A DNA stretch of 64,000 nt from Nageia nagi (taxonomy: Eukaryota > Plantae > Pinophyta): contig JBITNC010000001.1 of the NCBI GenBank assembly GCA_050084985.1, forward strand, positions 116,250,001-116,314,000, read 5' to 3'. The notes below the pieces were generated by a model. It was given only the letters and a program-made list of their open reading frames with translations, made no database searches and was not told where the DNA came from. Shown here one piece after another: positions 50,301-62,647 of this stretch. Each line of letters starts with the position of its first letter. Positions within the stretch are counted from its first letter, which is position 1. A program made the translations under genes and the position numbers.

Positions 50301-53042
50301 TACTTTCTCAATCAGACGGATCTTAGTGAGAAGAAGCAACGTTGGGTGAGCAAGTTACAAACCTTTAACTTTGAGATCGAGTATGTGAAGGGAAAAAAGA
50401 ACACAACAACAGACACATTATCACGACATCCCTCTTTCTATTCCCTCTCTTCCATCATGGGTGATTGGAAAAAGGAAATCATGTATGAATATGTGCAAGA
50501 CGAGTTTGTTACCAACATCCTCAAGAAGGGGTGAAAAACAAGAAATACTCGATCAGGAAGGGGCTGATTTTGAAAAGGAATTGGGTCTACTTAATTCCAA
50601 TGTTTGAGTTTCGGAGGAAGGTGATGTATGCACTCCATAACACACCCCTAGTGGGGCATCCAGAAATCATAAAAACCTATCAGATGATTAGGGAAAGATT
50701 CACGTGGAAGGGACTGAAGCATGATGTCTTTAGGCATGTCCGGGAATGTAGACAATGCCAAGAGAACAAGAATGAGTAAGCCAAGCCGGGTGGATTGCTA
50801 CGACCCTTACCCATTCCACAACAGAAATGGGAGGATATTTCCATGGACTTCATCATCAGTTTTCCCAAGACCGAGGGCAAGGACAACATTCTGGTAGTGG
50901 TAGATCGGCTCACCAAATTTGCCCATTTTCTCACCATCTCCATCACTTAGATGGCCGTACAAATAGTAGATCTACTCTTCAGAGAAATCTTTTGACTACA
51001 TGGATTACCTAGGAGGATTGTGAGCGATAGGGACAAGTTTATGAGCTCTTTCTGGCAAGAGGTGTTCCGGCTTAGTGGGACTACCCTTACTCCCAGCACC
51101 AATTACCACCCACAGATGGATAGCCAGACGAAAATTGTTAACAAGTGGGTGGAAGGATACTTGAGACATTATGTGATCGGACATCAACAGACCTGGGTCA
51201 AATGGCTCCACGTTGCGGAGTATTGCTACAACACCACTTACCACATATCCATTAAAATGTCTCCTTTTTGAGCTTTATATGGTTATGAGACTCCTAACTT
51301 TGCAGATCTGATCTTTGATAAGGGAAGAGCACCCCAAGCTAACAGGTTTTTGCAAGAATACCAGGATATTATACGAGTGCTAAGGGAGAACTTGTAAATG
51401 GCCCAAAATTGTCAAAAGAAGTTCTACGACCAGCGTAGGATGGAGAGGAGCTTTGAAGTGGGAGACATGGTGTATTTGAGGTTGCGGCCGTTTCGACAAT
51501 CAACACTTAAGAAGAGGAAGTCAAAGAAATTGCAATCACGATTTTTTGGGCCCTACAAAGTCATGTGCAAGATTGGAGATGTTGCATACGAATTAGAGTT
51601 ACCAAAGGGGAGCAGAATCCATAACACATTCCATGTCTCACTTCTTAAGAATGCCGTGAGACAGCATGATGTGTCATCGATCGTTCTTCCGCCACTAGAT
51701 GATGAAGGTCGGTTGGTACTGATTCCTGAGAGGGTGATGGAAACCAGAGTCAGGAAGTTGAGGTCAAGGTAGATCCAAGAACATCTCATCAAATGGAAGG
51801 ACCTTCCGGACCAAGACTCTGCATGGGAGAGTTCGAATATACTTATGCATCCTGCATTGAATTGCTTGGGGATAAGCAATTTTGGTAGGGGAGGCTTTGT
51901 GACGTCCCCCTTGTGCCCCTATCAACTTTAGTGGACTCTTGAGAATCCAATTGTAATATAGGTTCATTTTATGTATTATTCCTTCATGTTGTAACCCAAG
52001 ATAGGAGACTTATTGGGTCAATAGACCCCACTGCAAGCCCCAAGTGGGACATCTCCCTCCTGTGGATTAGTTAGGAGTATTTGTTAGTATAGAAGGCCCC
52101 CCAAGCATGCACCAGACTAAGAGTGGCCCCACGTCCTCGTCATTTGAGTCGACAACACAAGGAGACCCCATGTCAGCCTTCCTTAGCTCGCGAGCATGCG
52201 TGGCACCCCTCGTGGACATACGTTAGCCATTTGAGCATCTAGAGACCCCACATGGCATGACTGGCACTTGGGCACCCACATTGGGCATCATGGGCCCTCT
52301 AGTTGGTCAACGTTGGATAAGGAGGATGAGTTGATGATTTCGAAGCAGGTTCACAACAAGAGATTATAAAACGGCATAAGGAGTTCGGTATGGGACATCC
52401 GATACATTGATGATTATTATTTCTTCTACTCGTCTTCCAGACAACAAGTCCTAGCCAGGGCTGAGCAATTCTTCCTAGACGGAGCATTTAGAGGGTGATT
52501 GGGCTGAGGGATCCCGATTATCTTTGGCTTGGTAGAGCGTCAAGTCCATCTGATGGCATTCGAGGATTCCGTTCCTACCATTTGGTTGTTCGTCCAGTAT
52601 TTGAGGAGAGTCCCTTCAATGGGAAGGAGTCGAAGACTGAGGGAGTGAATTTGACCCATTGTGCCGATTTGTAATCCAAATAATTGTTGTGTTCAGATTG
52701 GATTGTATACTTGTAAATTCTCCATATTTGATGGTATAGTTCAAAGGATTCCTGAATATCATAATTGTGTCATGATTGCTTGTTTAATGCATGCCTTGAA
52801 TACTTGTACTTTCCACGCTTTATTATTCCTGCGGTGGATACGTAATATTTAATTAATTGCATATTGTATCTTGAGGCTCAATATTGGCTTACTGGCATTG
52901 TTGTTGTAATTGTTGGAGGCATTAACCCCAACGTTGGCTATTTAAGGGTTTGATTGGGTTTAGGGAACATTGCAGACTTGCCGTCCACTTTGCTTGATTA
53001 GAAAGAGGTGCTTTGGCACAAGCGTTCATTTGGAACATTACA
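47302..53042 (+). mobile_element. Ty3/Gypsy chromovirus (Reina-like) with two LTRs (47302-48439, 51898-53042), lacking gag and protease
   Basis: TG..CA LTR pair; TSD ATTTT/ATTTG; PBS TGGTATCAGA (initiator tRNA-Met type) at 48442; purine tract before 51898. Confidence 0.95.
48978..51890 (+). pseudogene. pol: pol remnant: RT, RNase H, integrase, chromodomain
   Basis: RT FSKIDLKSRYHQ and FVLVFFDDILVYS; RNase H ECDAS and YDKEMLAI; integrase H..GH..C..C, SDRD and YHPQMD; GPY motif; chromodomain LIKWKDLPDQDSAWE; many stops. Confidence 0.95.
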
Positions 53043-54146
53043 ATTTGCGATAGATTACTAGCATGTTTCTTCAATGTTATAATACATGTATACCTTTAAA
53101 TATTTTTAAATACGTATAAAAATGATAAAAATTACATTTTAACTTACATATGATCAGAATTCCACAAAATCTCTAAACTAGTTAAGACTTCAACTTCTTT
53201 TAAGCCAAATATATCACAAAATTGTGTACCTAATAAAAGCACAACTATCACATCCAGTTACATTGCAATTCCCTTCTTAAGCTTTATGTCATTCCTTTTC
53301 TTCTTTCTATTTTCTTTAAAAATAGAAAATGCCACAAAGGGATATCTTAAATCTAAATAATTACATTGGATACTCCTTATATAGAAAGCAATATGAAAAT
53401 CTATCTGCTTGGGGAAATGGTTCTAACATGGTAGGGCTTTATTCCAAACTATTTTTCAAAGGGGAAGGACTTATGTATTTTTCCTATAGGACAGTTTGGC
53501 AACTAATGCAAAGGGGAGGGACTTATTTATGTATTTTTCATATTCATTGGGACCTGTGAGGAAAGGATAGTTAGAGGACAATTTTCCATAAGGACCACCT
53601 ATTGTGCCCACACAACACACCCCAAAATACAAGATTTTGGGGTGAAGGCAATGAGGTGCATTGCCTTGAGATTGGCTTTTGGTGACAGATAGGTCATTAT
53701 GAAGAGTACAAACATGATATCATGGAGCAATTCATGAAGGTCATGTGATGAAGACCCTAAAGAGTATCAGATTATCCAGTTAACAGTTTTGTATCCAAGG
53801 AGCCAGGATCTGAGAGATACCATCGGAGCATGAATTTTTGGGTTTAGAATGATGCCAATGGAGAGGGGGTTGTTTTTCAAGTTTGCTAGAGTTAAAATCA
53901 GAGAGCACATGCTAGAAGAGGACCCCGTTACAGATAAATTTAGGCTTGGAATTTTTGGATTTCGATCAAGTTTGCTCCTTGGGGAGCTAGGTGCAAGTTT
54001 GCATCTCTTTGGTGACATCAAATACCAAAAAGCTTATTTAGCATGCAAAATGCACCATGCTAAAAAATGGTTTCAAGGTTGGATTTGAGTACCCATTTCC
54101 ATTATGATGAGAACAATGTATGCCAAAATTGTCCAAAAATGACCAA

Positions 54147-54335
54147 GGCAACCTTGATCGACTACATTAGTCAGCCTAGGCAACTTTGATCAACCACATT
54201 AGTCAGCCCAAGCAACCTTGATCAACTACATTAGTTAGCCCAGGCAACCTTGATCGACTACATCAATCAGCCCAGGCAACCTAGATCGACTACATCAATT
54301 AGCCTAGACAACCTTGATCGACTACATCAATTAGC
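54147..54335 (+). repeat. 32-bp tandem repeat, six copies, in the 5' LTR only
   Basis: Unit GGCAACCTTGATCGACTACATTAGTCAGCC(T/C)A. Confidence 0.9.
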
Positions 54336-55350
54336 ATCAAATTTTGATTTGAGGAAATGGAGAATCTAGCACATGGGTTTGGTGTAGAATTGAAAATCAT
54401 TCAAGAATGAAAGTTTGGAACTTTTCCAAGAATGAAAATTTTGTGAAAAAGTTCAAATTTTTTTTGTAAAAGAAGAAAATTGTGGAAACTTTTTTGTAAC
54501 TCTTTTACAAGCTAATACAAAGTAGTGACTTAATTTCTCAAGAGACTTTGTCATACGTGGAGTGGTGAATGGATTCTTTTTTGTGGCTCTCTTTCATAGT
54601 TTGAATGTTTTCACTTCTTTCCTTGAAAACTTTCAAGTTTTAAGAAAAAATAGTTTTTCAAACATTTCAAAACATTTCAAATTACTTTGAATTTGCTACC
54701 TTTTGCCTCTTGCACTTTTAAACAAAATGTATTCTGAAGTTGTTTATTTTCTATATCCTATTTGAAGCTTTCGTTCAAACTTGGTTCCAAAGCATGCCCC
54801 ACGCTAAGTTTCTTCGATTGAATCAGTCCCGTTCGCGGAGTACTGACAATCGGGCTTGCCTCTTGCTCTAGATTCAAAGCTGATTGGACAATAGTCATTC
54901 ACTTTGAAATAGATTGAATGAACAAAAACTTCATAATCAATTAGAAAACGTCTCATTTTAGACAATGCTTTGTCGTGACAGTCACCTTATGATCTAATCA
55001 GTATTGGATCATTCTCGCCTGTTTCTTTGTTTTATTTGCTTTTTTTTATCTTTCTTGCATTCTTTTTTTACAAAACCAGAGCAACTTTCAATCATTGCAA
55101 AAACACCTTGTCCCTAAAAAAAATGTGAGTTAACAAGCCTCTACCTCTATCCAAACCAGTTGAGTTTCATTCCCTTGATTATATACAAAATTGTGCTACT
55201 TCAACAGGAACACGAACAAACCTTGGGGTTTCAGTCTTTTCAAGAGGAGGTAAGTTACGCTATCTCATCTAAATGGTGGGTGATTTCCTCTTCTTGATCG
55301 TGTGCAGGCGATCATAGGCGGGTAGGAAAGGTTTCCATCCCAACATAGAT

Positions 55351-55367
55351 TGGCGTTAGAAGGAGGG
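55351..55367 (+). promoter_or_regulatory. Primer-binding site, tRNA-Asn type
   Basis: TGGCGTTAGAAGGAGGG lies 5 nt after the LTR; it differs by one base from the complement of the plant tRNA-Asn(GUU) 3' end as recalled (CCCTCCTTCTAGCG-CCA). Confidence 0.75.
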
Positions 55368-55686
55368 CTCAGTTGTTTTTGTGCCTTGATTGATTGTTGT
55401 CTTTTTTTTATTTTTTGTTTTTGTTTTTATTTTGCTTTCTCCAAAGCTGGAATTCAAAGAACATATAGTGTATACCAGATTGAAAGCAAATGAAGCTAAG
55501 GGGAGTCGACTAATGATACAGATCAGACTCCGAGTAGTTTCGGATTAAGATTACCAAAAACTTCACTACAAAGTCGAAAGAACACTTTTTTAAGGATTTT
55601 AAGTTCCTGAGATGCATTATTTTGGTAACTCTATTAGTACTTCTTGTATTAAGTGCTGAATGATCAAAATCATAAACTGAACAATC

Positions 55687-57927
55687 ATGGATGCACCACC
55701 ATGGTTGCAAGGAAGTATTCTAGGAACCAACCAAGCACTACCATATGATGCACCTAGATGTGTACGACCTCAAATGAGTTATGGACCCATGAGGACTTGT
55801 TCAAATCTAAATTGTTGTTTAAATCCAAGTATGCAACACCCGCAAGCTCAATGTATATATGGCTTTCAACCGTTATCACATCAATTGTCCTGGTACAATC
55901 AATACAATAGACATAATCAAATGACTAGTCGAATGTTATCAATGCTAGAGACACTCCCTAACTCTCAAAGTAGGCCAGATGTTCAACTCAAATTTTTGAA
56001 ACCAACTGCACCAGCTGTAAACATCAATGCCAAAATTGCAAGTACTCTAGGATGAAATCAAGGAATGGAAGATCTCAAAAGGAGGCTACAGGAAGTGAGT
56101 AACCAGATGGAACAAATGAAAAGGGAGATGTTGCTGAAAGATAGCCTGCAATTCAGTTTTCGTTCAGCTCCTTCAGAATATACACCAATTCAAGGAATTA
56201 GATAAAATGATGTTATTGAAGAACAAATGAATCCCATGTTATCATACCCCTCATATTCCCCTCATTCTTTTGAGAAGAATGAAGAGACTGATGAACATTC
56301 AGAATGTGGCACATAAGAAGAACCAGATCAAGAACAGGAGATAGAAAAGTATGAACCATTTTCGTTATCTGTTGATATCTATGGCAAAAACACAATCTCT
56401 CTCAGTTGCATGGTACAACCAGATTTAGATTATGACATCATATCATATGGAGCATGCTGTGAGTCTGGACTTGTTCCAACTCCATATCCTGCAGAAAATT
56501 TTGAATTTACTGATGGTAAAGTACGAATAATTGGCATAGTGAGAGATGTCAAAGTTCAACTTACGGGTCTAAGCCTAATACATGATGTAGAACTTCTGGT
56601 ACTAGATATTCCAAGTGCATTTTCGATATGGTTCAGCAAAGAGTGGTTACACATTATGAATGAATATGATTATCCTCAGATGTACGACGAAGAAGAAGAA
56701 CATGATGGAGAACATTCAAAGGAGAAAAGTGATTGCTCTTTTAAAGAAGAGATGGTCCAAGAGATACAAGAATGCAAACCTTTCCTGTTATCTGTTAATA
56801 TTTATGCCAAAGATACAATCCCTTTTAATTGTATGGTGCATCCTGGTTTAGATCATGACATCATGTCATGTGAAGCATGTTGTGAGGCTGGACTTGTTCC
56901 AACTCCATATCCTATAGAATATTTTGAATTTATTGATGTCAAACTAAAAATAGTTGGGATAGTGAGGGATGTTCACATGCAACTGATAGGATCATGCGCA
57001 CAACATTTCTTGGAAAACCTGGTAGTCGAATCCCCAAAGTCATTTTCAATTTTGTTTGGTAAAGAATGGGTAGACATCATGGATGAATATGATTATTCTT
57101 CAAATGCCAAAGATGAAGAAGAAAATAATGAGGAAGAATTGGAGAATAGAAATAATAGCAATTCCGGAGAAGGTCAAAGCTTGATAGAATCTATACATGA
57201 GGATGTTCTTCAGAATGATTTCACCTTTGAATTTTTCTTTGATCAGGAAGACGAGGCAAGATTGTAAAAGAAAGAGATTGGGGATAAGGATGACCATAAG
57301 TTTGGTCCACATTTAGAATTTGGCGATGTTGAAAAAGATAACTTCATACATCTAAGGTTGAAGTTAGATGAATCTGTCAGTTCAGAAAGGGAAGACAAAA
57401 CTGAAGAATAGGAGAACACAATTAATGAGTTCTTGTTCTTTCAAGATAATGATGAGTCTGATTCATATTTAGAAGTTGGTGACTTTGATGAAAAAAACAG
57501 TTTCACGCATTTTGAGCTAGAAATAGATGATTCTTTTGGCGCAGAGTGTGAAGGTGAATTTGAGGAATGTGCAGTCTTGATTGATGACTTCTTATTCTTG
57601 CGAAATAATGAAGGTTCAGTAAAGATAGATCAATATTTTGCATTGAGAGAACTAGAAGATGTAAGTGATCCTGAGTCCAGTGACGAAGAGTATCAAGGTT
57701 ATATTTCGACAATTCTTATGCCACAGTGCTTAATATTTCCATCATTCGGTATAAAAGAGGTTGAGATTTATGAGAAGCAAAATGAATTGGTTGATTCCAT
57801 TAATGAGTCGATTGTTGCAATCAGTGAAGCATCTGGAGTGGATGGGCCCTTACAACATGAGATAGCCAGTATATGCTTCTTTCAGAGAATCATATCAGTT
57901 CAAAGGGGATTCTTTTCCAAAGATTAA
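55687..57927 (+). pseudogene. Single ~746-aa ORF (five in-frame stops, no frameshift): Gln/Pro-rich N-terminus, short coiled coil, two tandem retropepsin-like domains, two acidic ~45-aa repeats
   Basis: ORFs starting at 55687, 56410 and 57433 share one frame; repeated domain PF.LSV.IY.K.TI...CMV(QPD/HPG)LD.DI.S..ACCE.GL.PTP...K..I.GIVRDV..QL...V...P..FSI.F.KEW. Confidence 0.8.
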
Positions 57928-59899
57928 TATCTCATGTTTGTGTTTGGTGACATGTCGAAGCTCCTTGTCACTATTATTTTCTCAGTTTAGAGACATGTCA
58001 AATGGAGACTGCATTATTCAATGGTTCTACCTCAAGGTAGACAAAAACAAGGTCTTTGATCTTGGTATTAATGAGAAATCCGTGATCTAGTAGTTTAGTT
58101 TTTTTTTTGCAATGTAAATAGAATAGCTTGTATTTCTTTAGTTTTTCAATTGCGGATATAATTAGATTAGGGATCTTAATGAGATCATAAGGATATATGA
58201 GCATTTCAGGCTCACTAACTAACATTGGTTCGCTATCAATCAGTGTAAATCCGAGTAAAAGCTATCATCATTAGAGCACATCGAGCTCAGGAACTATTTT
58301 TTCTGACCTAGAGACTACAGTTGGAACAGACACTCTAGATGATACTAATGATTATCTGAGTAAACAGGAACTGAGAATGGTACTTTGCCAATCAGTGCAA
58401 ATCCGAGAACAAGAGATAATCTAGAGTTTTAGATGACAAATAAAGATATTTGAACTACAGTGCGATCAACAAGCCTTATGCTGTTGATGAAGCATGAAAA
58501 GAGGACTTAAGCCTCAAGCTACTGTCAAACTATGATGAGTGAAGAGAGGGACGAGGACATTTGGAATGATGTGGCCACATCATTTGATCTATCTAAGTGA
58601 GTTGAAACCACAGTTGTCTCCGGAACTTAGAGTACAACATAGGTGTCCCGATGGTTATTCGAATAACCAATGACAGTACACTCACTCTAATGTAAACTGG
58701 CTGTACAACCGTTAGTGAATGCTGACGTTGGCTCATATACCAATGAACGATGCATATCACTATGTACCTTTTTATATACTAATTTTGTTTTTTTTATTTA
58801 TTTTGCTATTGTTGTGCTTGCACAACACACCCCAAAATACAAGATTTTGGGTACCCTATTTTCGTGAAGGCAATAAGGTGCATTGCCTTGAGATTGGCTT
58901 TTGGTGACAGATAGTTCATTATGAAGAGTACAAACATGATATCATGGAGCGATTCACGAAGATCATGCGTGGAGTGGTGAATGGATTCTCTTTTGTGGCT
59001 CTCTTTCATAGTTTGAATGTTTTCACTTCTTTCCTTGAAAACTTTCGAGTTTTAAGAAAAAATAGTTGTTCAAACATTTCAAAACATTTCAAATTACTTT
59101 GAGTTTGTTGCCTTTTGCCTTTTGCACTTTTAAACAAAATGTATTTTGAAGTTGTTTCTTTTCTATATCCTATTTGAAGCTTTCATTCAAACTTGGTTCC
59201 AAAGCGTGCCCCACCCTGAGTTTCTTCGATTGAATCAATCCCGTTCGCAGAGTACCGACAATCGGGCTTGCCTCTTGCTCTAGATTCAAAGCTGATTGGA
59301 CAATAGTCATTCACTTTGAACTAGATTGAATGAACAAAAACTTCATAATCGATTAGAAAACGTCTCATTTTAGACAATGCTTTGTCGTGACAGTTGCCTT
59401 GTGATCTAACCAGTATTGGATCATTCTTGCCTTTTTCTTTGTTTTATTTTCTTTTTTTTATCTTTCCTGCATTCTTTTTTACAAAACTAGAGCAACTTTC
59501 AATCATCGCAAAAACACCTTGTCCCTAAAAAAAACGTGAGTTAACAAGCCTCTACCTCTATCCAAACCAGTCGAGTTCATTCCCTTGATTATATACAAAA
59601 TTGTGCTACTTCAACGGGAACATGAACAAACCTTGCGGTTTCAGTCCTTTCAAAAGGAGGTAAGTTACGCTATCTCACCTAAATGCTGGGTGATTTCCCC
59701 ATCCTAATTGTGTGCAGGGGATCATAGGCAGGTAGGAAAGGTTTCCATCCCAACACCACCTTAGTACATTAGAGCCATATCCATCTCTCCAAGGAAACAG
59801 ATATAAACACATCATTCACCCAAGAGATTAATCAACGTGGAGCATAGTAAAGAGATAACATTTATTATGTGTAAGGGGCAATTTCGCAAATCTCTATGC

Positions 59900-62647
59900 A
59901 AAGGCGAGACCATTAACATAGGATCAATACTAAACAATAGAAGGAGAACACCTAGTATGAACAAACATTTGAGAATGATAGGGATGTAGTTATCATTAAG
60001 AATGACATCCATACAAGGACAAAATGGCCCACGGACTTGGAATCATTAGGCATTATCCACACCCCCGTCTGCTACATCTCCTATCCCACCTTTTCTCTAG
60101 GGTGCCCGCTCTTCCAAGGTGAAGATCCCTTACCTCACCCACAACGTTCTATTGATGAAATTAGAAAAAATGAATTAGAGGCTATCCAATCAGGTGTCTA
60201 CTCTCTTCTTAGCCAATTCAGCACAACAGGCCCTCATTTTAGCATTGTAGAATCAATTGAATGATCACGACAAAAGGATCGAGAACATGAATGCAATCAG
60301 AAATCTCTTTCATAACAACTGAATTATGTACCACAAAAATTGACACTCTGCAAAAGGAAATTGATACTCTCAGAAATGGGATTCTTAGCCATAAAGACAT
60401 CCCAACAAACCTAGCTAATCAGCCACAAGTACAATCCTCTTGTTGGGAAAAAGTAGTTTTGGGTTCTAGAGATAAGCTTGCCTTGCTCATTGTCACAACA
60501 ATCAATGAGAAATTCAAAGAGGAGAGATGCAGACTACATAGTATTCTCAATCTTCATATCAGAGGCCTACCAACTGACGATAACCCTACTAAGACAGTCC
60601 TCAATTTTATTCACGACACATTGAAGTTGTCGAAAATACTTGTCGATTGAGTCTGGTTTGCTAAGGATTCATCCCTTCTCGTGCGATTGCACAAAGTCGA
60701 ACATAGCCTCTCTATCCTGGGCACCAAAAAGATCCTCCCTTCCTTGCCAGATCACATCTTTATGGATGAAGATCTCACTTGCTTACAACCCCAAGAATTA
60801 GCTACTGCTAGGAAGGAAGTTACATATATAAGAAAATTAGGTAAATGGGCTATCATTTGCAACTATCGAGCTTGAATTAGAGACTCTCCCCTTGCGGGCT
60901 AGCCCAAATCTATAGGCCTTCAGGTTGTAAAGGTTTCAGTAGTCGTGGTTTAGAAGGTGTGGCCTTCAAAGTTAGAGACCATATACTCCTAAAGATCTGT
61001 GTAGAGGGTATCAATACACATGCATGCTACATCTGGATTTCATTGGCGAGGGCCCCACCCCTTAGGAGAATATATTATGGTAGATGCTACTTCCCACCTA
61101 TAGCTTCGAGCTATACTATTTAGGATATAGGGGAGTCCCCTTATCTCGATATCTTTCCAAGGGTCACTTGATATTCTATTCAGGGGGAGATTATACTTAT
61201 GGATGACTTCAACGATAGAACAAGGAATTTGTAGACATGATAATTTGATAGCATTGTGGATGCACTCCATATTCATGTGCTTGATCAACTTCTACTATTT
61301 GAAAGAGACTCGATTGACTCCATACCCCCTTAGGTTATGGTAGATTCCTTCTTAAGCTTTGTGAGATTTAGGATCTTTTGATTCTCAATGCTATTGCTCG
61401 GTTCCCCCAGTCTTGACACCATACTTGCTTCCCTCATGTGGTTCGCTCAAGTGTTGTGGCTTACATCCTTTCTAACCCCTCACTCATCATGCACCTCCAA
61501 TCCTTTTGAGTTGCCCCTTGACTCTTTATTGCCAACCATGCCTACCTCACTTTTTCCATATTAGCCCACCTTACGCCACTCCCCCTACTATTGTGCCGAC
61601 CTCCAACACTCCACGCATGACCATCCTCTTTGATTCGGCCCATTACCCATTCTACAATAGTATTGTGAAGCAGAAACACATTGGCTTACACTCCCTTGCT
61701 TGGGTTGAGAACCAAGCACTCTTTTTGGCTGATTCTCTTTGTTCTGTGGCCCTCTAGGCCTTCCCACAAAATATTAAGCCCCCTCCTCAGTTACACTATC
61801 CAGGCCACTGCCTAATGAATATCTAGTTTGATTCCAATTATAAGGACTCACATTGTTGCCTTTAACGGTTCATTGCACTAAAGCCTTTGTCCTCCTCCAC
61901 CACCTCCCTTCATCAATCTTATCGTTGTCTCCTTAGGACTAAGAAATATCACTTCCTAGTCAAAAGGAGATTAGAGGTCCTTTCTTCCCTCCATTCCAAC
62001 CGCAAATCTTTTTGGTGCTACTTCTTGCCCAAAAAGCACATATCGAGCTCCATCTCACTTCATGCTTGGAAGGAAAATTTTCTCGCCTTCACATTGTTGC
62101 CGATTATAACCCACCCATCCATTTCTCCTATCCTCTCACTTCAAACTTCTTCTCTCCCCCCTCATCCACTTAATTCTTGAAAAGCTTGGGACATTAAGAA
62201 CCTCCAAGCCAAATTTCTCAAGCATGCCAAATTCACCGTCCCCCCCTTCCTCTCAAAGTTCTTCAACAACGTAAGTTTCTTGAGTTTCTCCCCTTCCTCT
62301 CAAAGTTCTTCAACAATGTAAGTTTCTTGAGTTTCTCCCCTTCCTAGACCTCAAATATGATCCACCCCATCTTCAAATTCGATGATCCCAACAAACCAAA
62401 CAATTACTGCACCGTCATGATTGATCAAACCTTGGCCAAGTTATATGCCACAATCATTAAGGTGTACATTTCACAAATGGCCAATGCCAAAGGATTCCGA
62501 GCAAGAGGTCATATAGGCTTTTGTAGAGACCATTGCACCATTGATCATAGTTTTACTCTTAGGGTGATCATCGAGGAGGCTAGATGCCGAAAGTCACCAA
62601 TCTTTGGCTGTTTTGTGGACTTTAGGAAGGCCTTCAACATTGTCGCC
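59900..62647 (+). mobile_element. Decayed LINE with ORF1 (~60040-60900) and ORF2 endonuclease plus RT start, RTE-X/L2-like; cut by an LTR insertion
   Basis: ORF1 EERCRL..LNLHIRGLP ... IFMDEDLT..Q..GKWAII; endonuclease GEIILMDDFNDRT; RT HPIFK..DPN.PNNY.T, TIDHSFTLRVIIEEA..GCFVDFRKAFN. The 5' boundary is approximate. Confidence 0.8.

Larger units (their letters stand above)
53600..59755 (+). mobile_element. Non-autonomous Tat-like LTR retrotransposon: 5' LTR 53600-55345 (1746 bp), 3' LTR 58810-59755 (946 bp)
   Basis: Perfect TSD CCACC; the LTRs share both termini (T[G/A]TTGTGC..CACAAC and ...GGTAGGAAAGGTTTCCATCCCAACA); no RT, RNase H or integrase motifs. Confidence 0.93.
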
